A stretch of 58,097 nucleotides of DNA, filler included, from Squatina squatina (Eukaryota), in the NCBI GenBank assembly GCA_031763465.1. It is 3 parts of 2 records of this genome, joined end to end, with 100 filler letters (N's around TTAATTAATTAA, not from the genome) between each part and the next. Parts side by side here need not be neighbours in the genome. Positions count along the whole stretch, not along the records: positions 1 to 12,918 come from JARFOE010000219.1; positions 13,019 to 29,550 come from JARFOE010000222.1; 1 more part is not named here. The stretch is one strand, 5' to 3'. The position numbers and the translations under genes were made by a program. Shown here piece after piece: positions 1 through 13,132 of the stretch. The first letter of the stretch is position 1. The number at the start of each line of letters is the position of its first letter. The notes beneath the pieces were generated by a model. It was not told the DNA's origin. It searched no databases and saw only the letters and a program-made list of their open reading frames with translations.

Positions 1-304
1 TGGCCCTGGAAGGAGCTTTCAGGTCGTGGCCTGTCAGACTGTTAATCAGCCTGTAAATCCCCCCACTACATCATATTATTCTCCAAAGGAAAAGTGTGAA
101 GGTATGAAAACAACATTCTGTTTAATGCAGATGAATAATCTATTGCCTCAAATTGTATCTGGTGGATTAGAAAATCTCTGACCTTCATAATTAATGCAGC
201 ACTGACAGGACTCATCAAAGGAAGGCATTCTTTGGATGACAAGCAAAGCTTTTTCTGACGTGCTAAGTAATGTCCAGTCAGTAAACTCTGAACCAGTTGT
301 ACTT

Positions 305-730
305 ATCAACAAAAAGAAGTTGCATTTCTAAACCCCTTTTAACGAAGGAAAACGTCCCAAGCCACTGCACAGGTGTGTAAGAACACAAAAAAATGACATT
401 GAGCCAAAGGAGGAGATATCAGGACAGATGACTAAAACGAGGTTTTAAAGAGGTTCTTAAAGGAGGAGAGAGTTGGAGAGATTGAAATGTTTAGGTAGGG
501 AGTTCCAGAGCTTAACCCCTAGATGGCTGAAGTTATGGCCCCCTATTATGGAGCGAAGGGAGTGGGGGATGCACCAGAGTCGAGATTTGGAGGAACACAA
601 AGTTCTTGGAGAATTGTAGGGCTGAAGGAAGTCACAGAGATAGAGAGGGGAAAGGCCATGGAAGGATTTGAGCACAAGTGTGAGAATTTTAAAACTGAGG
701 TTTTGATGGACTGGGATCCATTGCAGATCA
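305..730 (-). mobile_element. L2-clade LINE 3' remnant
   Basis: Minus ORF 457-675 (LKSFHGLSPLYLCDFLQPYNSPRTLCSS...FSHLGVKLWNSLP) resembles the L2 ORF2 C-terminus; degenerate L2 tail near 320-365. Confidence 0.8.
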
Positions 731-1202
731 TTATGAGTAATGTAAGTAAGTTTAATGGCAGCTTTTTGAATTTTAGCTGAACAAGATGTGGTCTTGGCCC
801 AAATTTCAGTACCTGATTTTAAGACTCTCCAATAAGTCTAATCCTGCAGCACTGATGAATTGCTTCCTCCGTTCTCTTTGACGTTCAGAGGGAAATGAGA
901 TAAAGGTGTCTATTATCTTTTGTTTTATGTGTTTTGGTATTGGATACGTTTGTTAAGTGCAATCTAAATTGATTATACTCAACATTCGATAATGATGTTT
1001 TCATGTCAATGTTGCACTTTACAGGTAATCTGAGAAGTACTCTCTATTCCCTACTTTTGTTAGAGGAGTAATTGTCTCACATGCTGGATATGAGGACGAG
1101 TTCAATCAGAAGGAGTCTAAAATACTGCTTGCCAACAAATACTGTATAAGAGATTTCTTGGCAGATTTCTATTATTTAGTTCACAAATTGAATTAAATAC
1201 CG

Positions 1203-1640
1203 TACATTTTAAAAGAATCGAGGGAAGAGATAACAGAGGCATTACTACGTATATTTAGTAATTCATTCGAAAAAGGTGTGGTGCCAGAGGACTGGCGGAT
1301 AGCTAACATAGTATCTGTATTAAAGAAGGGAAATAGAACATGTCCAGCGAACCATAGACCAGCCAACTTAACAGTAGGAAAAGCAATGGAATCCCTACTA
1401 AAAGAGAAAATAAAAGAACATCTAGAAGCTAAAAATGTAATACTGAATAGTCAGCATGGAATTCAAAAGGGAAAGTCTTGACCAACCTCATTGAATTTTC
1501 TCAACAGAAAACAGAGAGAATAGACCATAGTGATGCAATTGATGTAATTTATCTAGATTTTCAAAAGGCCTTCAATAAGGTACTACATAATAGACAAATG
1601 AATAAGGTCAGAGAATGCGGAGTCAGGGGACAAGGAGCAG
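1203..1640 (+). mobile_element. CR1 LINE ORF2 reverse-transcriptase fragment (degenerate)
   Basis: VPEDWRIANIVSVLKKG...QHGIQKGKS / LTNLIEF...DVIYLDFQKAFNKVLH are typical CR1 RT motifs; frameshifted. Confidence 0.92.
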
Positions 1641-1740
1641 NNNNNNNNNNNNNNNNNNNNNNNNNNNNNNNNNNNNNNNNNNNNNNNNNNNNNNNNNNNN
1701 NNNNNNNNNNNNNNNNNNNNNNNNNNNNNNNNNNNNNNNN

Positions 1741-1925
1741 TCTACCACAGGGAGTAGTGGAGGCCAATAGTATAAATGCATTTAAGGGGAGGCTAGATAA
1801 GCATGAGGGATGAGGGAGAAGGGAATGTTTATAGAGTTAGATGAGGAAAGTCGGGAGGAGGCTCGAGTGGAGCATAGTTGAGCCGAATGGCCTGTTTTGT
1901 GCTGTATATCCTATGTAATCCTATG
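1741..1925 (+). mobile_element. CR1 LINE 3' end
   Basis: LPQGVVEANSINAFKGRLDKH C-terminus, then GCCGAATGGCCTGTTT..GTGCTGTA and (ATCCTATG)-type terminal repeats. Confidence 0.88.
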
Positions 1926-4769
1926 AATCCTGTTCCATGCAATAAATTGGAATTCACAAAATAGGTGTGTAGAAACAACCTTGAAAATAATTTTTAAAAA
2001 ACAATAATAGCAGTACTCTTGATTACACCAAATTAAGAATTGATAAAAGATGGGTGGGTAGGGATCAGGGTTAAGATCAGGCTGTCAGCCCTCCTCTGTT
2101 GTCTGGAACTCTCCAGGAATGGAAAGTTAATCTCCTGGACACTGCTGCTGGCAACCTGGGAGAAAAGTAGAACTCGCACTTCACACCACGGTTGGAGCCT
2201 GTTCATGGGTGGCCTCCCCGTTCTTGGGACAGCTTGTACAACGCCTACTGGTGTGAAACCACGAGGACAGATACTCAACTACAGGGATCCCAAACTTTCG
2301 GAAAAAAACGCAATGACATCTTTAAACTGTGGCCAAGAGTCGCGTGGTCAAATATCACCAGAGCAAATGTCACATGATCAACTGCCACAGGTACCTCGTG
2401 GTCTGTGCTATTGGACTGCATAAACCTCTTTAAAATGTAAAAATTAGGCCAGTCGTTTATGGATCTAATTAAGTTATGCAAAAGGTATGAAATTGTTAAT
2501 AGTTTGGACTTGGACACTGTAATAAGTCTAAAAATGTGCACTTCCATCTTTCCTAAATCTGACTATGAAAATTGTATTTTCTTTAAAAATAAGAAGTACT
2601 ATCTATATTTAATTCATATTGGAAAATAATTATGCTTATCTACTTTTCTGATTAGATGAGCCCTCAAGAAAAGAATTCATTTTCCAAACACCCTTTGTTC
2701 ACTATGAGGTCCAATTTATACGAATAACTTCAACTACCTGAACTTACAGCTCAGAGATAATTGACTGAAAGATGTCCTCAATATTTGATTAAAGGCAGCT
2801 GAGTTTGACTGAGGATACCTTAATACTGATACAACGGTGAGTAGTTAAAAAGTTCCACTCTAACTTATCAGGAATAACTTTTGTTCCAGTTTATTGCACT
2901 TTCTCTTTTCAACCATGGTCGTGTCCTACACTATGATTCATGGCTTTTCACTCAGGATTCTCAATTTATAAAAAGAATGCACTTTACCATAAACATATTT
3001 TAAGATCCCCCAGTATTCCCACATCTCACAGCTCCATTCCCAATATTCCCACTCCTGAAGCCACGTCCTCTACATTTAAATCACTGACCCTTACTCCTAC
3101 ATCCCAGCTCCTCTGTCAGACACTGTAACCCTTCACCCACCTTTACAACACCACTCCCAATACTCGCAGACCTGGGACACCCAATCCCACTCATATAAAC
3201 CCACTCCTCCACCCAGAAGCACCTTCCCCATCTCTCCCTTTAAAGCAACCTCGCAAATTCTGACACACACAGGACTGCATGATAATCCCAAACTCTGAGG
3301 CTCTCTTTTGCAATGCTGCATATGTTATACTGATAGTTCAAAAATTCTTCCATACCTTTTCCCTCACTATTCTCTCTCCAATAATTATACTAACTCTCTC
3401 TATCTTGCTTGCACCACATCCCACCAATCTCTTTTGCACTCATTACCTAACTCTCTTCAACACATTTATCCTCTAATCTCTCACCACTCCCTGCCACCAA
3501 CAGAAACTCCCACTTTATCATGCGTTAACTACCAATCTCTTGCCGACTCACCACCATGGAACTCTCTGCAACCCATTCTTTCATCCTTAGTGTATTCCAT
3601 GTTCAGCAGCCTTTGTGCTCACTTAGAGGCTCCCAATTTCTTGCCTCCAAAGGCTGCATATTCTTGTTCCTGCTACCCACTCTCACTCTGCCAAATTGTG
3701 CTTTTTAAAAAAAAAGAATCTGGTTGTGCTACTTTTTCATTTCCCTGATTATTCTAAATTTAAAAAATTCTTTTTCTTAATGCCCTCATTGTTCCCACCT
3801 TCATAAGTCAGGTGTCTAATGCCAGCTTTCTGTTGCAGTCTCTCCAAAGCGTGAATTTTTTTTCCCCACGTGCCAGAAAAAACTTCCCCACCACTTACAC
3901 ACCTATAAACTGCCCTACCAAATTCTCTCACACACAGTAACCAAGATTTCCCACCCCATGGCTCCCTGTGTTGTAATGTACCATGTTTAAATATAAAGTA
4001 TCTTCTTTATATACCTTGTTTTTTTTTTAAATTAAAGAAAGCACTGTTATGCAGTTGCTTCCCCCCCACTGCTTTTTTATTAAAGCATAAATGCATTTTT
4101 TCTCTCCCCTTTAAAAAAAAATGTTTCTTGCTGTGTTTTAGACCAGATTAATAGCTAGACATCCCAATCATGTTCCAGACCATAAATTGCCTATAAGCAA
4201 TGCCACAGTAGATCTAGTCCGATTAAATAAAGAAATTACTTTTCTTCGATATTTAGCAACAAGTATAATTTTTCACAACTAGTGAACTGATAGCAGACTC
4301 TCAATACTAATCAGTCACTCATTTTCTATTTAAATTATTTCACTGTGTTGCTGCTGCTGTCTTCTGATTGTTGCTCTCTTACCTGTTACCATCTTGGAGA
4401 TGACTTTGTTCTATCTGTTACTAGTGCTTGGACATGATTCTACTCCTCTACCCATTACAGACAGTTTGAAGATAACTCGACTGCTCTACTTATTGCCATC
4501 TGTGCCGGAGGTTCCACTGCTGCTCCCATGCATATCACTGTCTGTTTCAAAATTTCACTTATATATTACTGCTTTCTACTTGTAGTTTACATTGTAGCTC
4601 TTGTGACTCCCTTCTTGGAGATTATATTATTACTTCTATATTNNNNNNNNNNNNNNNNNNNNNNNNNNNNNNNNNNNNNNNNNNNNNNNNNNNNNNNNNN
4701 NNNNNNNNNNNNNNNNNNNNNNNNNNNNNNNNNNNNNNNNNNTGAAACCAACAGCTCACTCTTGCTGAT

Positions 4770-5425
4770 TCTGCCTGGTGATTGGGAAGGCGATGTACTG
4801 CCACCACTTTCAATATAGAGCTTTAGTCACCTGTCTGATGCAGCAATGCACAACATAGTGAGAGATGTTGCATATGTCACCCTAACCCTAACCCTTGAAA
4901 TGACCAATTTGCATAGAAATTGAGGGCAATGGTTACTTTCACTGGCACGGACAGAGCCGCTGAAGCCCTGCTGAGTTTGACGGTCACCTTGCAATAGTTG
5001 GCATCGCTCTGTGATGACGTCTTTCCTGAAGATCAACCTTCGCAGACATTGCTCATTTGTTGTCTGCAGATAGCTGAAATGTGGACAGAATAGTCTGATA
5101 GCATATCTCCTCCTATTGTCCAGGCCTCGCCCACCTCTACCAGGAGCTGTGTTCTGGCTTGCCTCTTGCTTCAGGTGGCTGTGGCACATCAACTTCTTCC
5201 TGCCCATGGCCATCTGCGTGATCCTCTGGCTCCTCAGCCCACAGTGCATTCTGCATGCGCCTCGTCTCCCTCCACTGTATGCGGAATCTACGTCTCCTTC
5301 AAAGTAAATCATGTGATGACAATGAAGCTCCAAATCCCCCGCTAAAGAAGCACCCATAATTTATGCATCAGCCACTAACTAGCGGGCTTGTTTGGTGCCG
5401 GTCTACACCCACCAATTGGGCCCCC
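4770..5425 (-). mobile_element. PIF/Harbinger transposon fossil, N-terminal part of a HARBI1-like transposase plus terminus
   Basis: Minus-strand reading across frameshifts: FSYLQTTNEQCLRRLIFRKDVITERCQLLQGD...VPVKVTIALNFYA.WSFQ...GDICNISHYVVHCCIRQVTKAL; end motif CAATTGGGCCCCC near 5412-5424. Confidence 0.8.
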
Positions 5426-6004
5426 TTGGTCTTTTTTGTTCATGTTTCATTCCCCACTGTCTTTCTTTATTCAACACCACTATCGTTTATTATCTCCACG
5501 TGCCAAACCAAAATCTACGTTTCCCACTATGCACGTCCCAACTGCTCACTACAAAAGTCCCCAGTAATATTCACTACCCCTTTACCTTCTCCACCCCTGA
5601 ACTACTCTCTACATCACCCCCTTTTACTGCTATAACCCCAGTACCAACTCAAACCCCTAAAGACCCTCAACAATTTTCAAGCCAATGTTCACTGTCCCAT
5701 CGGCACACCCAACCCACTTAATCCTTCTGAAATTCCTCTCAGATCCTCAGGAACCAAATAACCAGATCTTACAACATTGTCTCACCTACCCTAATCAATT
5801 GCACAACAGGTCGACTTACTTATAAAACACCATACCTCAGATTTTCTTGTTGGGATGCATCTCCAGATGTGCAGGAACCAGCATGAAAATGCTCCCCTAT
5901 GAACCTGGCTGAATCTCCAGCCCCAGCCATACGAAAATGACAGTCAGGAAAAGATCAGCTGGTCCATCAAACCTGCCCCCACACCTCGTGATGACTGGAG
6001 ATTC

Positions 6005-6345
6005 TACTCTCTCCTGTGCTCCCTGTCTGTCGGACTCCTTTCCTCCCTATCTCTATTCCTCTTCATTTGTCTCATTCTCCTTTTCCTTCTGTTTCTTTTT
6101 CTATCTGTGTGTGGGTTTCTTTTTGTCTCACCCTCATACTGTTTTATGTCTCTCTCCTTCTATATGTCTGTTCCTCTCACCCTCTTTCGCTCAGCCTGTC
6201 TTAGCCAGCATCTCTCAGCTGGTCTCTCCCGTCCTCCCACCTGGACTTTCTCTCCCCTCAGCCACCCTCTTTTTGACAGCCCCTCTGCCTTCTTCTCCTC
6301 CCCCGCCCTCACCACCCCCCTATCTCTTTCTCTCTGTCTTTCTTC
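6005..6345. repeat. Pyrimidine-rich (CT) low-complexity tract
   Basis: Degenerate TCTC/TCTG/CCT repeats with strong strand skew. Confidence 0.8.
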
Positions 6346-9300
6346 TGATGTAAAAATAAGCTCTTGAAAATAGTTTTTTCTGTCAAAACTTAACACAACA
6401 ATGATCTAAAGTTCAGTGTCTAGCTTGTTGGGAAGTTGTTTGGAAAAGCAAATTCATATTTACTGCTATAGCCCGAGGGAAGACTCGTTTGGAGTTGTTG
6501 TGCACAATTACTTGATAGAATCGTACAGATGCATGCTGGGAGAATGCTTCACAAGCTCAGACTGTGACATGCCCGAAACTGTACTTGTGAAATCTTTTCA
6601 ACTGACAGTACGATAATTATGGGAAGAATATCAACACAGTCCTCTGCTTTACAGAGAGGCCCAGACCTCTGAATAAGATACTCAAATGTGTGGACAATTT
6701 TAAGTTTAATCAGGATATTGTGTAATTTTTTAAAATGTCTTTATTATGTTTAAAACATAATTTTCAACACCAGATATTGAAAAATCCAAAGAATGTTCAG
6801 AATCTTTTCAGTAATTTCGATTCGGTCCCCTTATCCTTTCTCTTACCGGTTCATTTTGCTGACTGCTTATAAGAGAATTCTTGCTTTCATGCGTGCTCAG
6901 TACAATGATTCAGCTGCTCCTCAGGTATTTCTTTTTGCGCTCAGTGCAAGGGAACACTTCCAAAAGCAGCCACAGGCTAGCCCATGCTTCCTATGAACTG
7001 AAACATTAAGCTTATATGTGAAATGTTCCAAGGGCTAGCGTGCTCCAGGTGAACAATAACCCCATTTCCTGCCAACGTGGACAGTAGAAACAACAACTCT
7101 GAACTTCTCTGACTGATAAGCAAATAATGCTCTGAGAGACCATATGCTNNNNNNNNNNNNNNNNNNNNNNNNNNNNNNNNNNNNNNNNNNNNNNNNNNNN
7201 NNNNNNNNNNNNNNNNNNNNNNNNNNNNNNNNNNNNNNNNNNNNNNNNTACCACAATCCCTGGCAGTCTGGAGTGGAGATTGGGTGTAAACTGGTGAGAT
7301 TGCAGATGACAATAGCTATCCCAACATGAAATTGAGGGATCAAACTTGTAATCATTAAAATTTAAAAAGAGACATGTTTTGGGGCTAAATGTGCAAAAAT
7401 AAAGCCTGTGATTTATAAAGGTTTAAAGGTCATCAATATCTGAATAAAGGTTTGGAATAGATTTAGGTTGCATGCAATTATATTTAAGTTGACCAAGTCA
7501 GCCGGTTTTAAATACTGTCTGCAGCAATCGTGATCATATCACCATGTATAGTGTAGTCTATACTAGGAATCGACAGTCACCACAATCAAGGTGGCAAATA
7601 AAGCGAGGCAATAGCATCTTCTATTGGAGAGAGGTAGTATTGCAGCTTCCTGGCAAACAGATCAGCAACCCAAGGCTGTCTCATTTGTTTCTATGTCCAT
7701 CCGCACCTTCAATATGTCAGCTCCCTCTCAGTGCTGATGAAACTCTGTCAAGTGCTCCTGCACTGGGCTCATTCACCTGTGAAAACGTTATNNNNNNNNN
7801 NNNNNNNNNNNNNNNNNNNNNNNNNNNNNNNNNNNNNNNNNNNCTTGTGTCCTTTTTGAACTTAATTTTTGCCAGAAGTCATTGTAATTTGGTGACTATT
7901 TGTCACTGTCACTCTCGACGTGTTCTACTGCTCTGGAAGGTTCCGCCTTCACGACAAGAGTTTGACATTCAGAAGAGGGGAAGCTGAGTAATGAGAATTG
8001 AATGAAAGACCAGGAGTGTCTCTTTTCCCCATTTATGCTTTTTTGTTCTTGAACTAAGATTATCAATTAATCTGTAATTTTAAAAACGCATTATTTCATA
8101 TGATTATTTGAAAAGAAATGGTGTACTACAATTCTAAATCTCTCAGCTTAGTTCCAAAATGAGAACCTGAACCATCCAGTAAAATCTGGCTTATAAAACT
8201 GGAATGAACAAAAATCTACAATCGTCGGTATNNNNNNNNNNACAAATGGTATAATATTAAAACAAAATATTAATAGACTGTCCACTAAATTTCTTTTTCA
8301 TTGATCTTTTGGCTGGTATTTATATTAATTTGGTTTTAGGTAATTTGTTGTTTTTTGAATAAAGTAAAAAAATGTGAAAATGCTTCTTAACAAATTGTAC
8401 TCTTCATTCCTTAATTTCTAAAGTCAATAATTAGATAATTATAAAGTGTGTACTTATCTGGAATTTAGCACAGGAAAATGCAATTCATCATTTGATAAAT
8501 TCTATCAAGTTTCACATAGATAAACCCCCTAATTTGAGTTCTTTGTCGTTAGATATTTCCACTTTATTAAAATATGCTTTTTGTTGCCTCTTATTGTCAG
8601 GATATCAGCAATTTACACATCGGAGAAGATATGGCACAGGGCCAATTTTAGATGAATCCAAAATNNNNNNNNNNNNNNNNNNNNNNNNNNNNNNNNNNNN
8701 NNNNNNNNNNNNNNNNNNNNNNNNNNNNNNNNNNNNNNNNNNNNNNNNNNNNNNNNNNNNNNNNGGGAACTGTTAATAAAATTGATTCAGAAAAAGGAAT
8801 TGCAACACTGCGTAGTCAGGTACATGCTGGCTGGTTGCCTTCCCTGTCTGGCTGTGTAGCATTTACACACTGTTTTAACTGCATCATTAGGAGTGCATCT
8901 GGGCTTTTCTTATGTAATGGCCTCATCATGCACACATGTGCAAATATCCATGAAAAATCGACGGGGAAAATCCATCAACAGCTACCACCGTCCTCGTTCT
9001 TGTAGGTCTTGCTTATCTATAAAGTCCTGAAATGGTTAACGTACTTGAGGTTTAGCATTAGATGTTGATTTGCCATCTCATTTGATTGACGGATCAGTAA
9101 GTCGCATCTGCAAGTGTCTTTCACAGTCAGTTCTTCAGTGAAATATTAAATCAGTAAAAGGGCCACAGCCTCATTGCCGATTCATCTGAAACCCTTCATT
9201 TCAAGCCACGTATGCATTCTCAAATAGGTACATATGGAAAGTATATGTAGCCACATATATTGTTAAGAGAGGTGTTGTAAGATGATCATGGAACAAAGGG

Positions 9301-10058
9301 TCTGAAAAACGATATATACTTCTCAACTGATTCCAGAGATCAAATTCTGCCTTTAACTGTCTCCTACTTATATACAAGATTACTATTTTAAAAAGTTCTT
9401 TCATGTTCCTCCCTTCTTCCCTTGAGGGAGTTNNNNNNNNNNNNNNNNNNNNNNNNNNNNNNNNNNNNNNNNNNNNNNNNNNNNNNNNNNNNNNNNNNNN
9501 NNNNNNNNNNNNNNNNNNNNNNNNNNNNNNNNATTGCCAGGTTCCCCATTTGGGCGTCCTTCAAAGGAGGCTGCTTTTAGAACTGGGGAAAGCGCACTTT
9601 TAATAGAGGAGCTGTAGATCCTCGATGTTTTTAATTTTCCAAACGTTTATTCTTTGGAGTACCTTCAGAAAAATTGAAAGCAAAGTGATTGTACCACTTG
9701 TGGGTTTGGAGTTCTCCCTTGCTTATGGCACAAGCTTGTGACAGTTGATTCTGGATAATTGGATCTTTGCTCCAAGGATTGATCTCCAGCATACCAAATC
9801 ACTGCTGTCACCTAAATTTCAGATTCAAGCTGAACAATTGTATATAAAACGCTGAACAAGGCATAAAATTATCTCTAATGATGTATTTTAATTGTTGACT
9901 ATCGGAATGCAGACAATCCACTTAAACACCATGCGGATGCAGCTCTTTTGAACAAGAGATCTGATTCTGTGAAGGGTTTTCTGTGTAGATTAAATTGATG
10001 AGCTATTGGTGAAATGGTTATGATGGAAAGATTGCACATGGACATTTTATTAAATCTT

Positions 10059-10289
10059 GGGGGTCAATATTAGCCCCTCTCAAAGGGCAGGAGAGGGGGG
10101 GAGGAGGGGGGGATGCTGCGGGCGAGGGAAGGCAGTGGCACTCTCAATTTCTTTTTACCCTGGCACCCTGGTGCCTCTGATCTTTCTGAGAATTCCGGGC
10201 ACGCATGCTTCATTACCGAGAGACACCAGGGACTTGTTTTTTGCAAGATTAATGAGCGCCACGGAAATTCTCCGGCGCATCTTGATAAT
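10059..10289. mobile_element. End of a GC-rich non-autonomous DNA transposon (probably Harbinger-type MITE)
   Basis: Abrupt GC-rich segment starting GGGGGTCAATATT, similar in style to other GGGG/GGGCC..AATT termini in the window; runs into a gap. Confidence 0.45.
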
Positions 10290-11349
10290 NNNNNNNNNNN
10301 NNNNNNNNNNNNNNNNNNNNNNNNNNNNNNNNNNNNNNNNNNNNNNNNNNNNNNNNNNNNNNNNNNNNNNNNNNNNNNNNNNNNNNNNNATTCATACATG
10401 CCCTTTAATACGTTTGCGCAGTTTGAACCCAACGAATAGCTGAATCTTCTTTTTTATTTCCTGAGCTACATCACACATGCGAGAAGCTATTTTCTTTACA
10501 CAAAATGACTCACTCTCGCTTGGTCCACAACATGTGGTACAAAAAAAAACACAAATTAGAACAATGATGCACAATGGATATCATTAAATAGGAGGCTCTC
10601 ACCCTTCTGCCTGGTTAACCTCCAATTAATAGCAATGCCCTCAGCTGGGAAATCTGAGACACAGACATCTTGAGATTTCAGCCTCGCTGAAAGGGTTAAA
10701 GAAAGCGAAGCGGAGGAGGAAAAAAAAGTTGAAGATTTTTCAGTGTGGTGGTTCTTTTTGTCAGTAGTTGATCATTTACATCAACTTGACATTCCGAGGG
10801 TTTACGCTGGCACTGGTAATTGTATTCTTTCAGTGGTTCTGCATTGTCAACCATGGAAATGGAATCTCATCATCCCTGACCAATTTTTAATGTACAAAAT
10901 TATTTGGCTGAGGTTCACAGGGAGGCGCAATTCAAATCAGGTGCAGAGTACATGTTTTTTCCAAATCCCCCTTCCAGAGATTTGATTGATTTTTCTTGTA
11001 TCTCATGCCGGCGAACAGAAGCCTGTAGTTGTTATTTGTGTTAAACCATNNNNNNNNNNNNNNNNNNNNNNNNNNNNNNNNNNNNNNNNNNNNNNNNNNN
11101 NNNNNNNNNNNNNNNNNNNNNNNNNNNNNNNNNNNNNNNNNNNNNNNNNATTTACAAGGAAAGAATCAAGATCATTTCCTCTCTCCCTCACTTCTGCAAA
11201 TCGTGCATCTTTTAAAAATAATTGGGTAAAATCAAGAAGATGCTAATAAAACTGCAATGGTTCACAAACCTGGAATCTTCTGAATAAACCAAAATGCCTG
11301 CGACACAAATTTTTTTCACTCATTGTTATGGTGGTAGAGGAATTTAAAA

Positions 11350-11460
11350 AAATTCGTTCATGGGATGTGGGAGTCGCTGAAAAGGCCAGCATTTATTGCC
11401 CACCCCTAATTGCCCTTGAGAATTGGTGGTGAGCCGCCTTCTTGAACCGCTGTAGTGAAG
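11350..11460 (-). mobile_element. Shark LINE 3' terminus fragment
   Basis: ATTCGTTCATGGGATGTGGG..GGCCAGCATTTATTGCCCACCCCTAATTGCCCTTGAGAA..GAGCCGCCTTCTTGAACCGCTG, recalled as an abundant elasmobranch retroposon end. Confidence 0.6.
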
Positions 11461-12962
11461 TTACTCCCTCATTGCCAACATTTTAACTGTGAAGCCTATG
11501 TATCTAGGTTTAAACATTTGTCACCTAGGTGAAAGATAGTGTCCTAGAAACTGGATCACACTGCATCTGTTTTAAAGGCTTAAAACAGGCTAAGGGTCCA
11601 TTATGGTGGGCAGGTATCAGGGAGTCATCAAGAGCTTTGGTTTTTATTCCCTCTCCAGCCCAAGGGCAGTGAAGCAAATTGTAGCATGCTTACTGAGGTC
11701 AGCACAGACCTGGAATCGAACCTGGGACCCCCAGCTCGTGTGTGGCTCAATAAATTATTCCTTGTATCGGATGAGTCATAAAAATGTCATCACTGTCATC
11801 AAGACAAATGATTGAAAATATGAAAATTTGGTCAAATGTATTTTCAGCAAAGGCCTATTCCCAGCTGGGCCATCTCAAGAAAGAGCCTGAATTCTACCAC
11901 ACTGCAGCGTCTGGGCAGGAATATCCTTGGAGCTGTTGCCATATCTTTGCTGGAAGTCTGGCAAAAACCCTGTTTTCATGGCGACAGTGGATTGGGACAA
12001 GCTCTGAGGAAATTCCCAGCCTATATTATACAATTTCATATGTTTCCAGCAGAGTAAACTTTGTCTTGGAGGTTATACTGTTACTTATTTGGGAAACTCC
12101 TGACTGAGATAGAGAGGATCAACTAGATAGAACACGTGCTGGTGAAGGAATAAAAACACAGAGGCAGTAATCTTCCAAAAAGAATCGTGTCCCTTCAATT
12201 TTATTTAACTCCACACACACTTAACACAACACCCTCCATACTATAACACTCCAGCGCACAAACTAGTTAAACTGCAGCACCACTTGGCACTCTTTTTTGT
12301 TCAAAAATATACATTATCAACTTTTTAAAGATTTATTTTCTCCCCATTTAAGCCTCCCCTGGGTCATGTGCTGCGTTGATTTTTCCCTCCTTCCCAAAGC
12401 ACAATAGGAGGTGGTTTAGGAAAGTATGTGCTGATTCATCTTCCAGTATCCTCTCCTCCCAAATGTAAGAATCTCACCTTCAGTGCCATACCTCAGTGGT
12501 CACGCCAATATCACAAACTCTCTATTGGTGAGGAAGAGGTGGAAAGTTTTTCAAATCCAATCCTCTGCAGTCTTTAACAATGCTATGTAAATGCACAGCA
12601 AAGAAAAACTCATTTTAGTTAAGTGTGCAGAGTAATGGTCATCTATATCTTGGCATGATGCACATTACACAGTATGTGACTGATTGTACTGTTCTGTGTC
12701 CATTATGTATGAATAAACGTTTAGTAGAGAACAGTAGGAGGACACTTAAAGCTGCAGGGCACACCATTTAGATCTTTTTTTTTCTCTCTTTTGTAGCCAT
12801 TAAGACGAAAAATTGTTCTGAAAATCAAATTGAAATAAATTTGGTGCAGCTTTGAAGATATTGGGCTGATTTGCTTCTGTCTAGCACCCTGTTTGCCCCT
12901 GTGTCTGGGGCATTACAGNNNNNNNNNNNNNNNNNNNNNNNNNNNNNNNNNNNNNNNNNNNN

Positions 12963-12974
12963 TTAATTAATTAA
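12963..12974. other. Artificial scaffolding linker TTAATTAATTAA (stops in all six frames)
   Basis: Centred in a 44N+12+44N = 100-bp gap; identical construct at 29595-29606. Confidence 0.97.
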
Positions 12975-13018
12975 NNNNNNNNNNNNNNNNNNNNNNNNNN
13001 NNNNNNNNNNNNNNNNNN

Positions 13019-13132
13019 TCCTAAATGGCTTACCCCTTATCCTTAGGCTGTGACCCCTGGTTCTGGACTCACCCGCCATCGGGAACATCCTTCCTACATC
13101 TAGTCTGTCCATTCCTGCTAGAATTTTGTAAG
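13019..13132 (-). mobile_element. CR1 LINE ORF2 C-terminal fragment
   Basis: Reverse complement encodes ...ILAGMDRLDVGRMFPMAGESRTRGHSLRIRGKPFR. Confidence 0.85.

Noticed and set aside
5937-6367. Hydrophobic, transmembrane-like ORFs
   Set aside because: Artefact of CT-rich low-complexity sequence.
1-12918. Expected PTPRZ1, AASS or FEZF1 coding exons
   Set aside because: I translated acceptor- or donor-like sites at about 1024, 2656, 6846, 8601 and 11848; none matched these proteins as I recall them.
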